A stretch of 43,263 bases of DNA from Chiloscyllium plagiosum. Its lineage: Eukaryota. Of this stretch, positions 34,875 through 43,263 are shown piece by piece. The position numbers and the translations under genes were made by a program. Under the pieces are notes generated by a model. The model was not told the origin of the DNA, did no database searches, and saw only the letters and a program-made list of their open reading frames with translations. Every line of letters starts with the position of its first letter. Positions within the stretch are counted from its first letter, which is position 1. The stretch covers positions 40,285,478 through 40,328,740 of the forward strand of contig NC_057719.1 of the NCBI RefSeq assembly GCF_004010195.1. The letters are read 5' to 3'.

Positions 34875-36815
34875 GGAGATAGAGATATACTAAACAAGTA
34901 TTTTGCATCAGTATTTACTGTGGAAAAGGACTTGGAAAATATAGAATGTAGGGAAATAGATTGTGACATCTTTAAAATGTCCATATTACAGAGGAGGAAG
35001 TGCAAGATGTCTTGAAACACATAAAAGTGTATTAATCCCCAGGACCTGATCAGGTGTACCTTAGAAGTCTGTGAGAAGCCAGGGAACTGATTGCTGGGCC
35101 TCTTGCTGAGAAATTTGCATCATTGATAGTCACAGGTGAGGTGCCGGAACACTGGAGGTTGGCTAAAGTCGTGCCACTGTTTAAGAAGGGTGGTAAGGAC
35201 AAACCTGGGAACTATAGACCAGTGAGCCTGATGTCAGTGGTGGGCAGGTGGTTGAAAGGAATCCTGAGGGATAGGATGTACATGTATTTGGAAAGGCAAG
35301 GACTGATTAGGGATAGTCAACATGGCTTTGTGTGTGGGAAATCTTGTCTCACAAACTTGATTGAGTTAAAAATCATACAACACCAGGTTATAGTCCAACA
35401 GGTTTAATTGGAAGCACTAGCTTTCGGAGCGCTGCTCCTTCGTCAGGTGGTTGTGATAACAACCTGATGCACAACCACCTGATGAAGGAGCAGCGCTCCG
35501 AAAGCTAGTGCCTCCAATTAAACCTGTTTGACTGTAACCTGGTGTTGTGCGATTTTTAACTTTGTAAACCCCAGTTGAACACCAGCATCACCAAATCAAA
35601 ACTTGATTGAGTTTTTTGAAGAAGTATCAAAGAGAATTGATAAGGGCAGAGCAGTGGACATGATCTATATGGACTTCAGTAAGGGGTTCAACAAAGTTCC
35701 CCATGGGAGACTGGTTAGCAAGGTTAGATCTCATGGAATATGGGGAGAACAAGCCAGTTGGATACAGAACTGGCTCGAAGGTAGAAGACAGAGGGTGGTG
35801 GTGGTAGTTTTCAGACTGCAGGACTGTGACCAGTGGAGTGCCACAATGATCGGTGCTGGATCCACTACTTTTCATCATTTATATCAATTATTTGGATAAG
35901 CGGTATAGTTAGTAAGCTTGCAGATGACACCAAAATTGGAGGTGTAGTGGACAGCAAAGAAGGTTACCTCATATTACAACGGGATCTCGATCAGATGGGC
36001 CAATGGGCTGAGAAGTGGCAGATGGAGTTTAATTTACATGAATGCGAGGTGCTACATTTTGGGAAAGCAAATCGTAGCAGGACTTATACACTTAATGGTA
36101 AGGTCCTCGGGAGTGTTATTGAACAAAGAGACCTTGGAGTGCAGGTTCATATCTCCTTGAATGTAGAGTTGCAGGTGGATAGTATAGTGAAGAACGTGTT
36201 TGATATGGTTTCCTTTATTGGTCAGAGTAATGAGTGGGAGGTCATGTTGTGGCTGTACAGGACATTGGTTAGGCCACTTTTAGAATATTGTGTGCAATTC
36301 TGGTCTCCTTCCTATTGGAAAGATGTTGTAAAACTTGAAAGGGTTCAGAAAATATTTACAAGGATGTTGCCAGGGTTGGAGGATTTGAGGGGTTAAATAT
36401 GCTGGGGCTGTTTTCCCTAGAGTGTCGGAGGCTGAAGGGTGACCTTATAGAGGTTTATAAAATCATGAGGGGCATGGATAAGGTAAATAGACTAAAGTCT
36501 TTTCCCTGGGGTGGGGGAGTCCAGAACTTAAGGGGCATAGGTTTAAGGTGAGAGGGGAAAGATATAAAAGAGACCTAAGAAGCAACTTTTTCATGCAGAA
36601 GGTGGTTCGTGTATGGAACGAGCTGCCAGAGGAAGTGGTGGAGGCTGGTACAACTGCAACATTTAAGAGGTATCTGGACGGGTATATGAATAGGAAGGGT
36701 TTGGAGGGATGTGGGCCGGGTGCTGGCAGGTGGGATTAAATTGGGTTGGGATATCTGGTCAGCATGGATGAGTTGGACTGAAGGGTCTGTTTCCGTGCCA
36801 TGACTCTATGACTCA
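34875..36815 (+). mobile_element. CR1 LINE ORF2 (RT) through 3' end
   Basis: PGNYRPVSL, QHGF..GKSCLTNL, MDFSKGFNKVPH and KLADDTKIGG motifs. ATGACTCTATGACTC tail near 36800-36814. Confidence 0.95.
35368..35598. mobile_element. Penelope-type palindromic insert with hammerhead motifs, nested in CR1
   Basis: Inverted arms of about 90 bp. CTGATGA at 35479-35485, stem II GGAGC/GCTCC, GAAAGCTA at 35500-35507. 15-bp TSD AAACTTGATTGAGTT at 35353-35367 and 35599-35613. Confidence 0.85.
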
Positions 36816-37221
36816 GTTGATTGTCATTAAGATCAAAATGTTATCCCTTTCTGCCTTTGCACAGATTCTGAGTGGAAAATCCCTTGGATGATCTTATGCA
36901 CTAGTTCCACTAGATTCTTAAGTGGTCAACTATTGCACCATCAACAATGCACAAGTCAAGAATGTGATGGAATACTCTTCATTTGCATGAATGAATGCAG
37001 CTTTTTTTGTCAAAACAAAAAGGACAATTGTTAGAGAGTATATATAGCCTGAGTCAAAAAATTGATGTAGAATGTGTGAACATGGAGTGGCTGTTGTGTT
37101 GAAGCTACTACATGCAGGGTTCTGGCTGACCAGGAGGTTCTTTCATTCATACCACCTGTCATTGACATTTAGAAGGGTTTACAGGATGGTAAGGTCATAT
37201 GTGAGGTCATTCAATTCCAGG

Positions 37222-37485
37222 GATCAGATTATCTCAGTTGACCAGATAATTCGTTTGCAAAGGAGTGTGATGCCAACAGTGTGGGTTTGATTCCTACACT
37301 GGCAGAGATTACCATGAAGGGCTCGCCTTTTCAACCTCTCCCCTTGTCTGAGGTTACCATGAAGGACTCTCCTTTGAAACCACTTCCCTTGCCTGAGGTG
37401 TGGTGGCCCTCAAGTTAAATTACCAACAGTGAACTCTCTCTAATGAGAGAGCTGCCCTATGGTTTGGTAAGATTATGGCAATTTG
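37222..37485 (+). mobile_element. tRNA-derived SINE with internal 45-bp tandem duplication
   Basis: B-box-like GGTTTGATTCC at 37284-37294. Duplicated units at 37305-37349 and 37350-37394. Confidence 0.55.
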
Positions 37486-37571
37486 AGAATCAGCCTGTTT
37501 GGGCATGCTATGAATGAACCTTCGTGGTCATTCAGTCCTAAAATGTGACTCAAACAAGTCACAAAATTGCA

Positions 37572-38195
37572 ACACCAACAACTCTCAAGACACTCGTCAA
37601 CATCCAGAACCAAACTGCTGACTTGGTTGGCACCCCATCAATCACCTTAAACATTCATTCCCTGCAAGAGTGGCACACAGTAGTAGCAATGTGTATTGTA
37701 TACAATAGGCATTGCAGAAACTCAATCAAGCTCCTTTGACAGTATAGAGTCATAGAGATGTACAGCATGGAAACAGACCCTTCGGTCCAACCCGTCCATG
37801 CCGACCAGATATCCCAACCCAATCTAGTCCCACCTGCTAGCACCTGGCCCATATCCCTACAAACCCTTCCTATTCATATACCCATCCAAATGCCTCTTAA
37901 ATCTTTCAATTGTACCAGCCTCCACCACATCCTCTGGCAGCTCATTCCATACACGTACCATCCTCTGCGTGAAAAAGTTGCCCCTTAGGTCTCTTTTATA
38001 TCTTTCCCCTCTCATCCTCTCACCCACCTTCCAAACCATGACTACTGTTCTGAAGAAGAATGAGACTGCAATTCCTTCACTGGAATCAAAAACCGTTCCA
38101 AAACAACTACAATCCATGGATTGTAGGAATTCAAAAAAAGTGATTCGCTCCCACCTTATCAAGGGCAATTAAGGATGAGTAACAATTGCTGCCTT
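37572..38195 (+). mobile_element. 3' fragment of the CR1/L2-group LINE, interrupted by CR1 (upstream piece near 36945-37002)
   Basis: Matches 26985-27430 (ACTCTCAAGA..., CACCTTATCAAGGGCAATTAAGGATG). Confidence 0.6.
37745..38018 (-). mobile_element. CR1 LINE 3' end
   Basis: RYKRDLRGNFFTQR motif; close match to 4552-4830. Confidence 0.92.
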
Positions 38196-38339
38196 TGTAA
38201 AACTTGGGGTTCACTATATTTTAAACTATAACACCCAATTCAGTGATATTCTCAGATTAGATTAAAAGGGCCAATCCAAAGGTTTACTAGTCCTGATTAG
38301 TTACAAAACCCACTTCAAGTTTTCAGAACGTTCACAGCA

Positions 38340-38675
38340 ATTAGGGTGAATAGCCAAGGTCTTTTCCCCGGGTAGGGGAGTCCAGAACTCAAAGGTATAG
38401 ATTTAAATTGAGGGAGGAAGAGATTTAAAAGGGACCTGACAGGCAACTTTTTCATGCAGAGGGTGATGCGTGTATGGATTGAATTTCCAGAGGCAGTGGT
38501 GGAGGTGGGTACAATTACAACATTTAAAAGGCATCTGGATGGGTTCATGAATGGGAAGGGTTAAGATGATACGGGCCAAATACTAGCCAATGGGACTTGG
38601 TCAGATTAGGATATCTGGTCGGCATGAATGAGTTGGACTGAAGGGTCTGTTTCTGTGCTGTATAACTTTGTGACT
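38340..38675 (+). mobile_element. CR1 LINE 3' end
   Basis: Homologous to 36480-36815. Confidence 0.88.
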
Positions 38676-39365
38676 GAATTAGATTTATCATTCATGCAAA
38701 AGGGATAATGCTTAAAAAGAGCAATGGTTTTCAGTCGCTCCGTTTTATGATGCCTGTTCACAATTGTTTGATTGGTCACAAGTTTCTTGTTCTGTACTGA
38801 AGTTCTACTTCTATCAAATGATTGTTGGTAAATGGAAGAGTTACCTTACTTTCAACAAATGGTAAAGTTACATTTAACCTTAAAATTATTTAATGTAAAA
38901 CAAATACATAAAATTATAAGGTGGTGCTCAAAAACTATACAGAATGTATCAAATAAGTCAAATAAGTAATCACAGACTATTACATAATTCTAATTCAAAG
39001 AATTTATTTATCAAAATGTGATCACTTCTTTCTCTCTATACACTACAAATTAGCTGTTATTTTCCTTTATCACACAAAAACCCTTATTTACTTACCTGTC
39101 ATGACAACAGCAGCAGGTAATTGATAATGATTAAATGTGTTGTGGGATGTAGGTAAAGTAGTGTCACTTTTGCAATTAAAATTACTTTTGCAAGGTAAAT
39201 GAACTCACACCAGTGTGCAATTGTTTCAACTAAGAGCTGAGTCAACAAGAATGCAAACTATGTGGAGGAAATACATAATTGTTTTTGTATTAGCTAAAAT
39301 TGTATGCAAGAATGCAACGTGACTGCAAAACAATGGTAGATGTTACAGACAAATAGATAAGGTGC

Positions 39366-39877
39366 TGTGAGGATGTAGGTTAAGCCAGATATGCTTGCAC
39401 AAGCAGTAGTTATAAGCATCTGTTTCTCACATTTGCAGAAACACAGGAACAAACCCTAATTTAAAAGTCATAAGGATCAGTATGGTTGGGGAAAGCACAG
39501 ATGGAGGGAATAGATAATGATGAAGAAAGGATATACCTAACAATGGGCCACAGCAGGATGTGATCAAACGGCCTTGTGAGGCCAGATATAAGCATTTTGT
39601 CACAGACAAGGCCAGATAAGGCAAGAGATAAACAGAAGTAATTGGTGTCGGTCTGAGAGAAGTGGAAGATGTAAACGGGGAGGAGCAATAGGATAAAAAA
39701 AAGAACCAAAATTACATAAATATTGTGTATTAGTTGAATTCTGTGTGTGTGTGTGTGTGTCCTGCCTTGTGGACAGTGGACACCACACCCTCTTGCAAGA
39801 GTAAAATAAATGACACTACTGATTCAGATCTTGTCTCGGACTGAAATTATTGAAGTGAGTGAGCTTTGTTTCTCACA
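39366..39877 (+). mobile_element. Probable solo LTR (about 512 bp)
   Basis: Terminal inverted TGTGAG...CTCACA. AATAAA at 39805-39810, preceded by the palindrome CTCTTGCAAGAG (39790-39801). No clear TSD. Confidence 0.5.
39742..39760. repeat. (TG)n microsatellite
   Basis: Read directly from the sequence. Confidence 0.9.
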
Positions 39878-40639
39878 TACGTGAAAGAACATAATGAATG
39901 TTGAATCTGATTCCACCATTGCTTTCAGGCTTGCATTCCAGATCATACCATCTCACTGAGGAAAACATTTCTATTTATCTCTGACTTTCTTTGTCAATTT
40001 CTTAACAAATTACATAATTGCAAAAGTCTTGGTTCTGCACTGTTCCTGCACCTGACCCCAACACTCCTATGCTATCTGCTATTTTTCTGTTGTGGCACTT
40101 ACATCTTCATTGAACCTCTTCCCGTGACTGAGTGACAGTAAATGCCCTAGTTGGTATTAAGGGCTGGATTTTGATGTCAATGAGAGCTGGAATGGAGGCA
40201 AGCAGATGTGAAATTTACCATTGGTGGTCAGCATATTGACTACTTGCAAGTGGTTAGACAGCATTTACTTGATAAGTATGATAAATAAGAAGCCAGTTAT
40301 GATAATTGAACCAAGGTCAACTGGAGTTTACACTCAACCTGCGAAACTGATGCAACTTAGGGAGCACTGTTGATGCATGGAGGGGATTCCCATAATAATG
40401 GACTGCTGGGAGGGGAAGTGATGATGCAGAGTTTACCAGATTGAATTTAAGACTTCCTTGCTGATGCAGGAGGCCTCTTCACAATGGAAAATTGAAAACA
40501 AACTCAGAAATTTTAACAACAATAGGTTTGAAACTATCATAGCAGAAGGGGAAATTTGAGTTCAGTAAAAATCTTGAATAAAAATCGAGCCTAATGGCAA
40601 TCAGATAACTTGCTGTTACATCAAATGCTGTATATTAAA

Positions 40640-41330
40640 TTAAAAGAAGTTCAGGTTAATTGCTGTTTCACTTCGAGGGTTTTTTGGGACTTTAATTTTG
40701 AGATGTGAGGGAGATACAAGGACAGGGTTGCATCGTGTGGAAGGGTGCTGAAGGAAAGATGGGGTATTGAGGATAAGTGGAGAATGGAATTGACTGTTCC
40801 AGAAGGAAAGATCCCTGTGGAATATTGACATGGCAGGGCAAGGGAAGATGTTTTTGGCAGTGATATGGCAGATGATGATTGACTGAATATGAAGGCGGGA
40901 GCGATGAAAGTTAAGGACAAGGGGAACCTATAGTAGTTTTAGGAGGGAGAGGTAGGGATGAGAGATGAAGTGTGTGAAGATATATCGAACTGTTAGTATT
41001 GAAGATTGCCCTGCCTGAACTGATGCAATGCAGACCAAGAAAATGAGAATGAAATGGATTGAATGCAGTCTGCAGCAAGTCAGAAATGTAGTAATGATAA
41101 CTCTGGGAATCCATGGGCTTGCAACTATATTAAATACTGAAAAAGATTTGGAAAAATTCAAGAAGAGAAGGGCAGAATCCAATTTGAAGGTGAGAGCAGG
41201 ATGGAATTTGAAAACCAAGATAATTAAATTTCATGGCAAGAGCAGGATACAGCACTAATCTAATCGTCAAGATCCTGGAAAAACAAACAGGAGGAATTAA
41301 ACCTTCGTAGGTTTAAAAAGGAATGTTCCA
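40640..41330 (-). mobile_element. Old Penelope ORF relic
   Basis: Degraded homologue of 12400-12730 (IFHRDLSF, PLSLTF). Confidence 0.5.
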
Positions 41331-41339
41331 ACTACACAT

Positions 41340-41525
41340 AGCTCGTTGTGTTTTGTCAGCATGAATTGGCTATAAATGATTACGGACATTGTTTGCATAA
41401 TGCAAACTTTCTGCTGAACAGCTTTTCCACAGCGCAATCTCTATTGCAGTTTCCTGTAGCTCAATTTTCTATCGTGCGAGGTTGCAGAGGAACACAACTT
41501 TTGCGTTATAGCAGAATGACCTGTA
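41340..41525. mobile_element. Probable Tc1/pogo-type MITE end
   Basis: Ends GCGTTATAGCAGAATGACCTG|TA, i.e. a CAG-start TIR with a TA target. A similar decayed end lies at about 17930-18026. The second TIR was not found. Confidence 0.4.
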
Positions 41526-42109
41526 AAAGGCAGGCATTGCTAAGATCGATGCAAGTAGGGTATTTGGCCAATGGGAGGGAAGATATTGTAGATAGGTAAG
41601 AGGGTCTCCAATCAGGGGGATGTTCCTGGCCAAAGATATGTAGCTGAAAATGGAAAATTAGCTCAGTGTTATGATGATGGAAGATTAGCTCAGTGTTATG
41701 TTGAGCTCAAAGTTCATTGAAATGCAATGCAATGCATTGAAACTGAGCTCACTACCTGCGTAATGCCATCGCCAAATACATTCCCCCTCTCTTATCAGCA
41801 GGCCTCTGAACCATTCTGTTGCAAATATGACCCTGAGTTTTCTGCATTATAAATTATCCATCTTGATCCCACTCTGATTTTTCTGCCAATGGCTTGCGAC
41901 TGTGTTCCACTGAAGCTCAACACAAGATTGAAGGACAATACTGATTCATCTTCACATCTTTAAGACGCATCACTAAGTTCAACAAATTTAGATCAGATCT
42001 GTTTTAATTTTGTTTCCATTTTTATTGTTGATTTGTTGTGTCTTATTCCTTTCCTTCTTTCATGTTACATTTGTACAGCTGCTCTACAGCCATTCACATG
42101 GACACATCT

Positions 42110-43000
42110 TTGGTGTCAAAACGTGCAGCGCTAGAAAAGCACAGCAAGTCAGGCAGCATCGAGGAGCAGGAGAGTCGAAGTTTCAGGCGTAAGTTTCAGG
42201 GGTTTGGTGGGAAGGTGCAGCTGAGAGATAAACAGGAGGATGGGGTGGGGCTGTGGTGGGGAGGTAGTTGGGAAGGTGATAGGTAGATGCAGGTGGGGGT
42301 GATTATGAAAAGTTTCTGCCAGATGTGAAAAGATCCTTGGGGATCTGGGATGGAGTGAGGGTGCTGGTTTTACACGTCTTGCGGCGGCAAGGTAAGGTGC
42401 CAGGTGTGGAGGGTGGGTTGATGGAACGCTGACTCTCCTGTTCCTTGGATGCTGCCCGACTGGCTATGCTTTTTCAGTGTCACAGTTTTTGACACTGATC
42501 TCCAGCATTTGCAGTTCTAATTTTCTCCTCCCTGATAGGGGGTATGGACCTAATGATGGAGTCATGGAGCGAATGGTCTTTGTGGAATGCAGATAGGGGT
42601 GGGGAGGCAAATATACCGCTGGTAGTGGGGTCTGATTGTAGGTGGCAGAAATGGCAGAGGTTAATGTGCTGTATTTGGTGATTAATGGTGAGGACTAGGG
42701 GGGTTATTTCCTAGATGCAGTTGGAGGGTTGGAGTTCAAATATAGAGTTGCGGGAATTGGAGGAGATGCATTGGAGGGCATTGTTAATCACGTGGGAGGG
42801 GAAATTGTGGTCCTCGAAATAGGAGGCCACCTGGGATGTCCCAGAGTGTAACTGCTCCTCCTTGCAAGCAGATACAGCAAAGACAAAGGAATTGGAAGGA
42901 AGGGATTGCATTTTTACACGAGAGTTGAGGTGGGAGGAATTGTCGTCCAGGTAGCTGTGGGTGTTGATGGATTTGAAATAGATGACCATGTTGAGTTGGT
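42110..43000 (-). mobile_element. Penelope-like element fragments with a nested opposite-strand pLTR (42430-42532)
   Basis: pLTR at 42120-42190. Peptides YFKSINTHSYLDDNSSH and FEDHNFPSHVINNAL resemble the Penelope RT C-terminus. Confidence 0.8.
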
Positions 43001-43009
43001 CACAAAAAA

Positions 43010-43263
43010 AAGGAGGTCCTCCAGGGTAGTAATATCTGGATTACTACCAGTTCCACCAGCTAGTGAGGGCAGGAATAGGAGAATAGAGCAGATGGATGCA
43101 TGGCTGAGGAACTGGTGTATGGGAAAAGGATTCACATTTTTGGATCATTGGAATCTCTTTTGGGGTAGAAGTGACCTGTACAAGAAGGACGGATTGCACC
43201 TACATTGGAAGGGGACTAATATACTGGAAGGGAAATTTGCTAGAACTGCTTGGGAGGATTTAA
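43010..43263 (+). mobile_element. CR1 ORF1 SGNH esterase C-terminus, runs off the window edge
   Basis: RVVISGLLPVP...DLYKKDGLHL (DxxH motif). Confidence 0.85.

Noticed and set aside
41655..41705. Short direct duplication ATTAGCTCAGTGTTATG
   Set aside because: Two copies only; ordinary local duplication.

Overview
Repeat-dense vertebrate genomic DNA. The HE1-type V-SINE, CR1 LINEs and hammerhead-bearing Penelope elements point to a cartilaginous fish, probably a shark (inference). The only host coding sequence I can support is three small + strand exons (3900-3986, 22402-22501, 23115-23180). They splice in frame into the C-terminal ankyrin region of an ASPG-like protein (60 kDa lysophospholipase / asparaginase homolog). 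Nearly all ORFs in the supplied track are fragments or antisense shadows of transposable elements: many CR1 LINEs, Penelope elements with hammerhead-ribozyme terminal repeats, two decayed Gypsy elements, a CR1/L2-group LINE, SINEs and a probable solo LTR. There is one 200-N assembly gap. The most unusual signals are three. (i) A probable Tx1/L1-type element is inserted repeatedly, in tandem, at the same TATA-adjacent site of two separate copies of a Gypsy LTR, and its 3' hairpin matches that target sequence. (ii) A TSD-flanked chimera joins a full-length initiator tRNA-Met copy to a Penelope hammerhead terminal repeat, a candidate Penelope-mobilised SINE. (iii) A LINE carries a tRNA-like head and has no apparent ORF1. 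All family assignments were made by eye, without database searches.
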